A stretch of DNA of 64,000 bases, from NCBI GenBank assembly GCA_963770895.1, contig CAVYRF010000002.1, positions 4,832,001-4,896,000 of the forward strand. Reading direction: 5' to 3'. Position 1 is the first letter of the stretch. Each line of letters starts with the position of its first letter. A program made the position numbers and the translations under genes. This DNA comes from an uncultured Acidobacteriota bacterium. Lineage in GTDB: Bacteria; Acidobacteriota; Thermoanaerobaculia; Multivoradales; UBA5704. This document shows, in pieces, positions 8,199 to 16,861 of this stretch. Under the pieces are notes generated by a model. The model made no database searches. It worked only from the letters and a program-made list of their open reading frames with translations, and was not told the origin of the DNA.

Positions 8199-9788
8199 AT
8201 GGCGGGATCGCAGACGTTGTGGCGTCCGTTGCAGGTGCCGGTGTTTCGCCGGCTGCTGGCGGCGAACGTGGTGTCGGACGTCGGCGCGTTCATGCAGAGC
8301 GTCGGCGCGGCGTGGCTCATGGTGTCGTTCGGCGCCGGACCGCTGGCGGTGGCGCTGACGCAGACGGCGTCGTCGCTGCCGTTCTTTCTGCTGGCGCTGC
8401 CGGCGGGGGTGATCGGCGACCTGGTGGATCGCCGCAAGCTCATCCTGGCGACCGAAACCTGGATGGCCGGGTGCGCGCTGCTGCTCGCGGTGCTGACCCT
8501 GGCGGGGCGGGTATCGCCGTGGATCCTGCTGGGATTCACCTTTGCGATCTCGGCGGGCGACGCGATCGAATCGCCCAGCTGGCGCGCCGTTCTGCCCGAC
8601 CTGGTGCCGGCGGCGGACCTGCCCGCCGCTTCGGCGCTCAACGGCATCGAATTCAACCTGGCGCGCGCGGTGGGGCCGGGAGCGGCCGGCGCCCTGATCG
8701 CCGTGGCCGGCGTCGGCGCGGCGTTCGCCGTCAACGCGGTATCGTTCGCCGGCGTGATCCTGGTCATCGCGCGGTGGCGCCACCGGCCGGCGCCGCGCAC
8801 GACGCCCAGGGAGCACCTGCGGGGAGCGACGGTCGCGGCCCTGCGCTACGTCCACTATTCGCCCCAGATCCGCGGTCTCATCCTGCGCGCCGGCGCGGTG
8901 ATGTTCGGCGCCGGCGCGATCCTGGCGCTGCTGCCGACGATCGCCCACCGCGAGAGCCACAGCCCGCTCGGCTATGGGCTGCTCGTCGGCTGCTTTGGCG
9001 CCGGCGCGATCGCCGGCGCGCTGCTGATGCAGCCCGCCCGCTCCCGCTGGTCCACCGAGACGTTGACCTCGGGCGCCGTCGTCGGGCTGGGCGCGGCCAT
9101 GGTGGCGATCGCCTTCGCCCGCGGCCTGCCGGCACTGGCGGCGCTGCTGCTGGGCGCCGGCGCCTGCTGGATCGTCTTCATCTCGCAGGTCTCCGCGGCG
9201 GTGCAGGTCCTGGTGCCCGACTGGGTGCGCGCCCGCGCGCTCGCCATCTACCTGCTGGTCTTCCAGGGCGCCATGGCGGCCGGCACCGCGCTGTGGGGAG
9301 AGATCAGCGAAAAGGTGAGCGTGGACGCGGCGCTGGCCTCCGCGGGCCTGGTCACCCTGGTTTCCGCGGCGCTGGGCGCGGTCTGGCGGGTGCCGGACGG
9401 CCCCGGCGACGTCAGGCCCTGGGAGCACTGGCCGGCGCCGGCGCGTGCCACCGGCACCCTGCCCCTGCCGGCCCTCTCCGGCGGCCCGGTGCTGGTGACG
9501 ATCGACTACACCGTCGACCCGGAGAACGCCGCGGCGTTCGTCGCCGCGATGCACGCCTTCGAGCGCATCCGCCGCCGCGACGGCGCCGAGCAATGGGGGA
9601 TCTTCCAGGACAACGAGGCCCCCGGCCGCTTCGTCGAAACCTTCCTGGTCGACACCTGGGACGAGCACCTGCGCCAGCACACCCGCCTGACCCAGGCCGA
9701 CCGCGACGTCGCCGCCCGCGTCCAGGAGCTGACCCGCGGCACCCCGCTGGTGCGCCACCTGCTCTACGCCCCGCAGCCGGAATCGTAA
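8199..9788 (+). CDS. MFS transporter (MFS_3 type) with C-terminal soluble extension
   Basis: About 12 hydrophobic segments; GVIGDLVDRRK motif A; ALNGIEFNLARAVGP; C-terminal GPVLVTIDY...RRRDGA..W...W.EHLRQH domain. Confidence 0.9.
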   Translation: MAGSQTLWRPLQVPVFRRLLAANVVSDVGAFMQSVGAAWLMVSFGAGPLAVALTQTASSLPFFLLALPAGVIGDLVDRRKLILATETWMAGCALLLAVLTLAGRVSPWILLGFTFAISAGDAIESPSWRAVLPDLVPAADLPAASALNGIEFNLARAVGPGAAGALIAVAGVGAAFAVNAVSFAGVILVIARWRHRPAPRTTPREHLRGATVAALRYVHYSPQIRGLILRAGAVMFGAGAILALLPTIAHRESHSPLGYGLLVGCFGAGAIAGALLMQPARSRWSTETLTSGAVVGLGAAMVAIAFARGLPALAALLLGAGACWIVFISQVSAAVQVLVPDWVRARALAIYLLVFQGAMAAGTALWGEISEKVSVDAALASAGLVTLVSAALGAVWRVPDGPGDVRPWEHWPAPARATGTLPLPALSGGPVLVTIDYTVDPENAAAFVAAMHAFERIRRRDGAEQWGIFQDNEAPGRFVETFLVDTWDEHLRQHTRLTQADRDVAARVQELTRGTPLVRHLLYAPQPES

Positions 9789-9841
9789 GCGCCCGCCGGC
9801 CTGGCGAAGCCGGCACAGCGTGTGCAGCGGGTTGATGCGCC

Positions 9842-12175
9842 ATGGTGGATTCGGCCTCCGACCCGACGCGTGCCCCGGCCCTGGTCTCCCCTCTGCCCCC
9901 GCCTGGGGCGGTGGCTGCGAGCGGGGGTGCGGTTGCTGGTGGGGCGGGGCTGCCGGCCGGCCGCCGGCTGCCGGTGGGTGCCGAGGTGGCACCCGGCGGG
10001 GTGCACTTCCGGGTGTGGGCGCCGGACCGCGAACGCGTCCAGGTGGTCTGGAGCGATCGGGAGGCGCCGCCGCCGGCAGCCGACGTGGACCGGACGCCGG
10101 GCGCGCCAGCGGGCTCGACGGATAAGACCGCGGGCTGGGCTTCGGCGGGCGACGGCGCGGGCCGGGCGTCGGCAGGTGACGGTGCGGGCCGGGTGGACGA
10201 AGACGGGCGGCGGGCGCCGGTCGACCTGCGCCGCGCCGGGCCGGAGGGCTACTTCGAGGGGTTTGCGGCGGGGGCGGCGGCGGGCGACCTGTACCGGTTG
10301 CGGCTGGATGGCGGTGACGCGCTTCCCGACCCGGCGTCGCGGTTTCAGCCGGAGGGTCCGCATGGGCCGTCTCAGGTGGTCGACCCGGCGGCGTTCCGGT
10401 GGAGCGACGGGGAGTGGCGCGGCGCCGGCCGGGACGGCCAGGTGCTCTACGAGCTGCACATCGGCACGTGCACCGGCCCTGGCACCTGGGAGGCGGCGGA
10501 GCGCCTGCTGCCGGCGCTGGCCGATTTGGGCATCACGGTGCTGGAGGTGATGCCGGTGGCGGAGTTCCCCGGCAGCTTCGGTTGGGGGTATGACGGCGTG
10601 GGGCTGTTCGCGCCGACGCGCCTGTATGGCGTCCCCGATGCCTTTCGCCGCTTCGTGGACCGGGCGCACGGCCTGAGCCTGGGCGTGATCCTGGACGTCG
10701 TGTACAACCACTTTGGCCCGGACGGCAACTACTTGAAGGCGTTCGCGGCGGGATACTTCACCGACCGGCACGCCAACGATTGGGGGGAGGCGATCCAGTT
10801 CGACGGGCCGGCCGAGGTGCGCGAGTTTTTCATCGCCAACGCCGAGCACTGGATCGCGGAGTATCACCTGGACGGCCTGCGCCTGGATGCCACGCAGGAC
10901 ATCCACGACAGCTCCGGCGAGCACATCGTCGCCGCCATCGGACGCGCCGCGCGGCGGGCCGCGGCGGCCCTGCCGCCGGGCCGGTCGGTGCTGCTGGTGG
11001 CGGAAAACGAGCCGCAGGACAGCCGGTTGGTGCGGCCGGCGGCGGCGGGCGGCTACGGGCTGGACGCGATCTGGGTCGACGACTTCCACCACGCGGCGCG
11101 GGTCGCCCTGACGGGGCGCGCCGAGGCCTACTACAGCGACTACGCGGGCTCGCCGCGCGAGCTGGCGGCGGCGGTGCGCTACGGTCCGCTGTTTCAGGGG
11201 CAGCGGTATTCCTGGCAGAAGCAGCGCCGCGGCACGCCTGCGACGGGCCTGCCGCACAGCGCCTTTGTCTACTTTCTCGAAAACCACGACCAGGTTGCCA
11301 ATTCGGCGCGCGGCGAGCGCCTGCACATGCTGGCCAGCCCCGGCGGCTATCGCGCGCTGACGGCGCTGCTGCTGCTCGGGCCGGCCACGCCGATGCTGTT
11401 TCAGGGCCAGGAGAGCGGCTCCGCGTCGCCCTGGTACTACTTCTGCGACCACCAGGGGGAGCTGGCCCGCGCCGTCAAGGCGGGGCGCCTGAAGCTCCTC
11501 GGCCAGTTCCCCAGCATCGCGGGCGAGGTGGCGCGCCACCTGCCCGCCCCGGAGGCGCTTGAGACTTTCCTTATGAGCAAGCTGGAAACGGATGCACCCG
11601 CCACTCGTACCGACCGCCTTGACAGCTCCGACCGCTCCGATGGTGCCGACCGCTCCAATGGCCGCGATCGCCGCGATGGCTCCGACCGCCGCCGGACAGC
11701 CGCCCTGGCCTTGCACCGCGACCTGCTGCGCCTGCGCCGCGAGGACCCGGTTTTCCGCCTGCAGGGGGCGGCCGGCCTGGACACCGCGGTCCTGGGGCCG
11801 GCGGCCTTCGTGGTGCGGTTCTTCGCCCCCTCGCCGGGGGCCGCGGCGGCGCCGGCGACAGCGGCGTCGCAGGGTGCCGGCGCGAGTCTGGCCGATGTCG
11901 CCGCCGGCGCCGACGTCGCCGATGTCGCCGACGGTCCGGGCGACCGGCTGCTGCTGATCAACCTGGGGCGCGACCTGGCGCTGGCCGGGCCGTCCGAGCC
12001 GCTGCTGGCGCCGCCGCCGGACGGGCGCTGGCAGGTGCTGTGGTCGAGCGAGGCGCCGGCCTACGGCGGGTCGGGGGCGGCGCCGCCGGAAGACTCCCAG
12101 GGCCGCTGGTGCATTCCCGGCCAGGCGGCGGTGGTGATGCGGCCGGCGCGGCGCGGCGGGGAGGTGGGCCGATGA
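9842..12175 (+). CDS. treZ: Malto-oligosyltrehalose trehalohydrolase (GH13)
   Basis: FRVWAP, PDPASRFQPEGPHGPS, YELHIG, WGYDGV, LDVVYNH, catalytic DGLRLDA / AENE / NHDQ. Confidence 0.85.
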   Translation: MVDSASDPTRAPALVSPLPPPGAVAASGGAVAGGAGLPAGRRLPVGAEVAPGGVHFRVWAPDRERVQVVWSDREAPPPAADVDRTPGAPAGSTDKTAGWASAGDGAGRASAGDGAGRVDEDGRRAPVDLRRAGPEGYFEGFAAGAAAGDLYRLRLDGGDALPDPASRFQPEGPHGPSQVVDPAAFRWSDGEWRGAGRDGQVLYELHIGTCTGPGTWEAAERLLPALADLGITVLEVMPVAEFPGSFGWGYDGVGLFAPTRLYGVPDAFRRFVDRAHGLSLGVILDVVYNHFGPDGNYLKAFAAGYFTDRHANDWGEAIQFDGPAEVREFFIANAEHWIAEYHLDGLRLDATQDIHDSSGEHIVAAIGRAARRAAAALPPGRSVLLVAENEPQDSRLVRPAAAGGYGLDAIWVDDFHHAARVALTGRAEAYYSDYAGSPRELAAAVRYGPLFQGQRYSWQKQRRGTPATGLPHSAFVYFLENHDQVANSARGERLHMLASPGGYRALTALLLLGPATPMLFQGQESGSASPWYYFCDHQGELARAVKAGRLKLLGQFPSIAGEVARHLPAPEALETFLMSKLETDAPATRTDRLDSSDRSDGADRSNGRDRRDGSDRRRTAALALHRDLLRLRREDPVFRLQGAAGLDTAVLGPAAFVVRFFAPSPGAAAAPATAASQGAGASLADVAAGADVADVADGPGDRLLLINLGRDLALAGPSEPLLAPPPDGRWQVLWSSEAPAYGGSGAAPPEDSQGRWCIPGQAAVVMRPARRGGEVGR
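11612..11690 (+). repeat. Degenerate 18-nt tandem repeat, in frame inside treZ (DRLDSS DRSDGA DRSNGR DRRDGS DRR)
   Basis: GA(C/T)CGC-led 18-nt units read directly. Confidence 0.7.
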
Positions 12176-14388
12176 CGCGGCTGATCACCGCCCTGGATCG
12201 GCTCCCCGAGGAGGGCGACCGCGCCGCCGACCTGGAGCCGCAGCCGGCGGAGCAGCTCGACCTGGCGGTCGCCACCCCAGCGCGGTCGCTGCTCTACCGC
12301 GAGTGGCTGGTCACCAACGGCCTGGGCGGTTATGCGTCGGGGACCTTGGCGGGCATCCCGACGCGGCGCTATCACGGCACGCTGGTGGCGGCGCTGCCGG
12401 CGCCCGTCGGACGGACGCTCATGCTGGGGCAGATCTACGAGGTTTTGCGCCTGGCCGACGGCCGCATCGTGCGCCTGGACGCCGAGCCGCAGGACCTGGC
12501 GCGGCCGGCGGCGGCCGCGGCGGCGATCGGCGCCGGCCGCTTGCGCGAATTCCGCCTGGTGGCCGGGCTGCCGATCTGGCAGTACGAAGTGGGCGAATAC
12601 CGGATCGAAAAGCGCATCTTTCTGGGCCACTTGCAGAACACCGCCTACGTGCTCTACCGCATGGTCGCCGGGCCGGAGACGCTGCGCCTGGAGGTGCATC
12701 CGACGGTGCACTTCCGCCCCCACGACGCGCCGGTGTCGACGCCGCTCGGGCCGCCCTACGTGCTGACCGCGACCGAGGACCGCTACGAGCTCTGCTCGGG
12801 CTGGCCGGGGCTGCCGCCGCTGCGTCTGTGGCTGGGCGGCACCAACGCCAGCTTCACCGTCGCCGGCCGCACCCTGGCCGGCGTGCGCTACGAGCTGGAG
12901 GCGCGCCGCGGCTACGACTCGGTGGGGGACCTATGGAGCCCCGGCCACTTTGCCGCCGACCTCGCCCAGGGCGAGGAGGCCGGCCTGGTGGCATCGACCG
13001 AACCGTGGGACACCTTGCGCGCGCTGGCGCCGCGCGAGGCGCTGGCGGCCGAGATGGAGCGCCGCGAGCGGCTGCTGGCGCAGGCCGATCCGCGGGCGCA
13101 GGCGGGCACCCCGGCCGAGCTGGTGCTGGCGGCCGACCAGTTCGTCATCACCCCCGGCCGCAGCGAGGATGCGGCGCGGGCGCGCGCCGCGGGCGACGAG
13201 GCGCGCAGCGTCATCGCCGGCTATCACTGGTTCACCGACTGGGGCCGCGACACCATGATCAGCCTGGAAGGGCTGACCCTGCTCACCGGCCGCCAGGCGG
13301 AGGCGGGGTGGATCCTGCGCACCTTCGCCCGCCACGTGCACGACGGGCTGATCCCCAACCTCTTCCCGGAAGGCAATCGCGAAGGGCTGTACCACACCGC
13401 CGACGCCTCGCTGTGGTTCTTCCACGCCGTCGACCGCTACGTCACCCTCACCGGCGACCGGGACACGCTGGAGCTGCTGCTGCCGACGCTGCGCGACATC
13501 GTGGAGCATCACGTCGCGGGGACGCTCTTCGGCATCCACGTCGATCCCGCCGACGGCCTGCTGCACGAGGGCGCCCCCGGCTACCAGCTGACCTGGATGG
13601 ACGCCAAGGTGGGGGATTGGGTGGTGACGCCGCGGCGTGGCAAGCCGGTGGAGATCAACGCCCTGTGGTACAACGCCCTGCGCCTGCTCGCCGGCTGGCT
13701 GCGGCAGGAGGGGCCGGAGAGCGTCGGTGCCGCCGAACCTGGCCCTGCCGCCGCCGGCGCCGATCGAGATGGCGAGCTGGCCACGGTCGAGCCGCTGGCG
13801 CACGGCCAGGCGGCGCGCCTCGACCGCCTGGCGGAGCAGGCGCGCACATCGTTCAACCGCCGCTTCTGGAACGCCGCGCGGGGATTCCTGTATGACGTGG
13901 TGGACGGCGAGCACGGCGACGATCCGGCGTGCCGGCCCAACCAGATCTTTGCCCTGTCGCTGCGCCACCCGGTCCTGGCCGAGGAGCACTGGCGGCCGGT
14001 CGTCGAAACCGTGCGGAGCCGCCTGCTGACGCCGCTCGGCCTGCGCTCCCTCGCCCCCGGCGAGCCCGACTACAAGCCGACCTACGACGGCGACCTGCGG
14101 GCGCGCGACGCCGCCTACCACCAGGGGACGGTGTGGGCGTGGCTGATCGGCCCCTTCGTCGACGCCTGCCTGCGCACCTATCCCCAGGACGCCGCCGCCG
14201 CGCACGCCCTGCTGCAGGGCTTCGCGCCGCACCTGAGCGAAGCCTGCCTGGGCACCATCAGCGAGGTCTTCGACGCCGAGCAGCCGTGGCTGCCGCGCGG
14301 CTGCGTCGCCCAGGCCTGGAGCGTCGCCGAGGTGCTGCGCGCCTGGCTGCGCACCCTGCCCGCCGCCGCGGCGGAACCGGCGGTCTAG
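12172..14388 (+). CDS. Glycogen debranching enzyme, amylo-alpha-1,6-glucosidase type
   Basis: EWLVTNGLGGYASGT, IAGYHWFTDWGRDTMISL, LTWMDAK, TPRRGKPVEINALW, AYHQGTVWAW, QAWSVAE; ATGA overlap with treZ stop. Confidence 0.92.
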   Translation: MTRLITALDRLPEEGDRAADLEPQPAEQLDLAVATPARSLLYREWLVTNGLGGYASGTLAGIPTRRYHGTLVAALPAPVGRTLMLGQIYEVLRLADGRIVRLDAEPQDLARPAAAAAAIGAGRLREFRLVAGLPIWQYEVGEYRIEKRIFLGHLQNTAYVLYRMVAGPETLRLEVHPTVHFRPHDAPVSTPLGPPYVLTATEDRYELCSGWPGLPPLRLWLGGTNASFTVAGRTLAGVRYELEARRGYDSVGDLWSPGHFAADLAQGEEAGLVASTEPWDTLRALAPREALAAEMERRERLLAQADPRAQAGTPAELVLAADQFVITPGRSEDAARARAAGDEARSVIAGYHWFTDWGRDTMISLEGLTLLTGRQAEAGWILRTFARHVHDGLIPNLFPEGNREGLYHTADASLWFFHAVDRYVTLTGDRDTLELLLPTLRDIVEHHVAGTLFGIHVDPADGLLHEGAPGYQLTWMDAKVGDWVVTPRRGKPVEINALWYNALRLLAGWLRQEGPESVGAAEPGPAAAGADRDGELATVEPLAHGQAARLDRLAEQARTSFNRRFWNAARGFLYDVVDGEHGDDPACRPNQIFALSLRHPVLAEEHWRPVVETVRSRLLTPLGLRSLAPGEPDYKPTYDGDLRARDAAYHQGTVWAWLIGPFVDACLRTYPQDAAAAHALLQGFAPHLSEACLGTISEVFDAEQPWLPRGCVAQAWSVAEVLRAWLRTLPAAAAEPAV

Positions 14389-14615
14389 GCCAGCTTGTCG
14401 ACTGGCACCCTCGGGCGAGGAGGGCTGCAACCAGATGTATCCCTTTTCGAAAACGATCGGAACATCGCGACGCCGTGGTAGCGAGGCCGAAAAGTTCCCG
14501 CTTCTTTCCTGATCAAGGGAACAAATGGGCCATGGGCGAACATGAAGCCTGCCCAAAGGTCCCTGAAAGTAGCTATAAGTTACCGATGTCGATCTCCGCA
14601 ACTTATTGTGCCAAC

Positions 14616-14650
14616 TGGACTTAAGACGTGAACGCCAGTACATTCGCGGA
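14616..14650 (+). promoter_or_regulatory. Candidate sigma70 promoter giving a leaderless transcript
   Basis: TGGACT-N17-TACATT-N6-ATG(14651). Confidence 0.5.
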
Positions 14651-15088
14651 ATGTGGAGCAAGGCCGACTTCGGACAGGCGATCGTGTTCATAGCCGAGAA
14701 GCTGGGACTGAATCAAAAGAAGCTGGCCAGCGCTCTGCACGTCAAACCCAAGACGATCTCTGCCTGGAAGCGCGGCGATCGGCGGCCCAATCGCGGCGCC
14801 ATGCAGGCGCTCCCCGATCAGCTGAAGTGCACCATGGCTGAGCTCGAATCCATCGCGGCCTACCATTCCCTGTGGCGCGACGAGATGAAGGGCAGGAAAG
14901 GCCGCCGCGCCGAAGGGACCACTCGCCAGGTCCCTGCCGATATGATCAGCGAACCCTCTGTCGAGTTTCATCTGGACGATGAAGATTGGGAGCGCCGATT
15001 TGGCCGCGCCGTGGCCGCGGTGGCTCGCGTTTGGGAGGAACGGCACTGGGCGAAGGGTCCGCCGCCGCCGGGTGCGTCCGATGTGTAG
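14651..15088 (+). CDS. XRE-family helix-turn-helix regulator
   Basis: LGLNQKKLASALHVKPKTISAWKRGDRRP is an HTH_3-type motif; lower GC than flanks. Confidence 0.8.
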   Translation: MWSKADFGQAIVFIAEKLGLNQKKLASALHVKPKTISAWKRGDRRPNRGAMQALPDQLKCTMAELESIAAYHSLWRDEMKGRKGRRAEGTTRQVPADMISEPSVEFHLDDEDWERRFGRAVAAVARVWEERHWAKGPPPPGASDV

Positions 15089-15141
15089 GTGTCCCGGCAG
15101 CGGCTTGCTATTGCGCCGGGCGGCCGGGCGAGGCTGCTGTT

Positions 15142-15765
15142 CTACAGCACGCCGGCCTTGAGGCCGGCGAGCAGCAGGAGCAGGACGCTTTGGGCGTCCT
15201 GGTGGGCGCGAGCGGGGGGCAGGGTGGCGGCCTGGCGGATGGCGTGCGGTTCGACGAAGCGGGACATGGCGGCGCGCAGGGCGGTGACGGCGGCGCCGGC
15301 GTCGGCGACGACGAACTCGCCGGTCTGGATGCCGTCCTGGACGATGCGGGACAGGTGGCGGCGGTTCTCGGCCAGGTGGTCGTCGATTACTTCGCGCGCC
15401 TCTTCGCCGGCGGCGTAGTAGGCGGCGAACAGCTCGGGGTCGTCCAGGACCTTGCGGCGCTTGGCATCGGCGAGGGCGAGAAACCAGGATTGCAGACGCT
15501 CGGCAGCCGGGCCCGGACGCTCGGCGATCGCAGCCAGCGGCGCGGTGATGGTGCCGAGCCACCGGCGCACCAGGGCGTCGCGCAGCGCTGCCTTGCTGGC
15601 GAAATGGCGGTAGACGTTGGCGTGGCTCATGCCCAGCGAGCGCGCCACGTCCACCACCGTGAGCTTGTCGACGCCGTGCTGGCGCAGCTGCCGCTCGGCG
15701 GCATCCAGGATGCGCTCGTGAGCGCGGGTCAGGGTGCCGGCGGCGGTTTCCGTCACATTTTCCAA
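15142..15765 (-). CDS. TetR-family transcriptional regulator
   Basis: ERILDAA...GVDKLTVVDVARSLGMSHANVYRHFASK. Confidence 0.92.
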   Translation of the reverse strand: MENVTETAAGTLTRAHERILDAAERQLRQHGVDKLTVVDVARSLGMSHANVYRHFASKAALRDALVRRWLGTITAPLAAIAERPGPAAERLQSWFLALADAKRRKVLDDPELFAAYYAAGEEAREVIDDHLAENRRHLSRIVQDGIQTGEFVVADAGAAVTALRAAMSRFVEPHAIRQAATLPPARAHQDAQSVLLLLLAGLKAGVL

Positions 15766-15768
15766 CTG

Positions 15769-16767
15769 CTAGCTGCGCTGGCCATCCAGGCCGGCCATCG
15801 CTTGGGCGGGGTAGCGGTCACCGGCCACGGCGCCGGTGGGGACGGCGCCTTCGATGCTCGCCAGGTCGGCGGGGGTGAGCTCCAGGTCCACGGCGGCCAG
15901 TGCGTCTGCCAGCTGGCGGCGGTGGCGGGCGCCCGGGAGGGGCACCACGTCCTGGCCGCGGGACAGGACCCAGGCTAACGCGAGCTGGCCGGCGGGCACG
16001 CCGCGCGCCTGCGCCACGTCTTCCAGGGCGGCGACCAGCTGCAGGTTGCGTTCAAGGTTGGCGCCCTGGAAGCGCGGGAAGCCGGCGCGGAAGTCGCCGG
16101 CGGCGCGCGGCTGCGCGGCGGCGGCGCGCGCTCCGACCAGTCCGCGCCCGTAGACGCCGTAGGCGACCAGCGCGATGCCCAGCTCGCGCAGGGTGGGCAG
16201 GGTCTCGGCTTCGACGCCGCGGCTGAACAGCGAATATTCGATCTGCAGCGCGGCGATCGGGTGCACGGCGTGAGCGCGGCGGATGGTGGCGGCCGAGACT
16301 TCGGAGATGCCGATGTGGCGCACGTAGCCCGCCTGCACCAGGTCGGCGACCGCGCCGATGGTGTCTTCGATCGGCACGTTGGGATCGACGCGCGCCGGTT
16401 GGTAGAGGTCGAGATAGTCGGTGCCGAGACGCTGCAGCGAGTAGGAGACGAAGCTCTTCACCGCCGCCGGCCGGCCGTCGAAGCCCAGGAACGCTCCCTT
16501 GGGATCGCGCTGGGCGCCGAACTTGACCGAGATGAAGGCGCGCTGGCGGCGCTCGCCCTTGAGCGCTTCGCGCAGCAGCAGCTCGTTGTGGCCCATGCCG
16601 TAAAAGTCGCCGGTGTCCAGCATGGTGATGCCGGCGTCGAGCGCGGCGTGGATCGTGGCGATGCTCTCGGCTTCTTCGGCGGGGCCATAGCCGCCGGACA
16701 TCCCCATGCAGCCCAGCCCCACCGCCGAGACGGTCGGCCCGTTTTTACCCAGCTGTCGTGTTTGCAT
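15769..16767 (-). CDS. Aldo/keto reductase
   Basis: RQLG..GPTVSAVGLGCMGMS, LDTGDFYG, SLQRLGTDYLDLY, IGISE, LQIEYSL; AGGAGG RBS before MQTRQ. Confidence 0.93.
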   Translation of the reverse strand: MQTRQLGKNGPTVSAVGLGCMGMSGGYGPAEEAESIATIHAALDAGITMLDTGDFYGMGHNELLLREALKGERRQRAFISVKFGAQRDPKGAFLGFDGRPAAVKSFVSYSLQRLGTDYLDLYQPARVDPNVPIEDTIGAVADLVQAGYVRHIGISEVSAATIRRAHAVHPIAALQIEYSLFSRGVEAETLPTLRELGIALVAYGVYGRGLVGARAAAAQPRAAGDFRAGFPRFQGANLERNLQLVAALEDVAQARGVPAGQLALAWVLSRGQDVVPLPGARHRRQLADALAAVDLELTPADLASIEGAVPTGAVAGDRYPAQAMAGLDGQRS

Positions 16768-16810
16768 CGGTTCACCTCCTGGTGTCAGGGCGGTGAGCAT
16801 GGCAGAGGCC

Positions 16811-16834
16811 ATGACGAATTACAAGTTTTGTCAT
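16811..16834. promoter_or_regulatory. Inverted repeat, candidate TetR operator upstream of the AKR-tetR operon
   Basis: ATGACGAA-N8-TTTGTCAT (7 of 8 bp match) in an AT-rich patch about 45 nt upstream of the AKR start. Confidence 0.55.
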
Positions 16835-16861
16835 TTGTCACTAGAGTGATTGTGGTGGTGG

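Noticed and set aside
14385-14545. Small minus-strand ORF (MFAHGPFVPLIRK...) divergent from the XRE gene
   Set aside because: No clear RBS, atypical codon use and no recognisable motif
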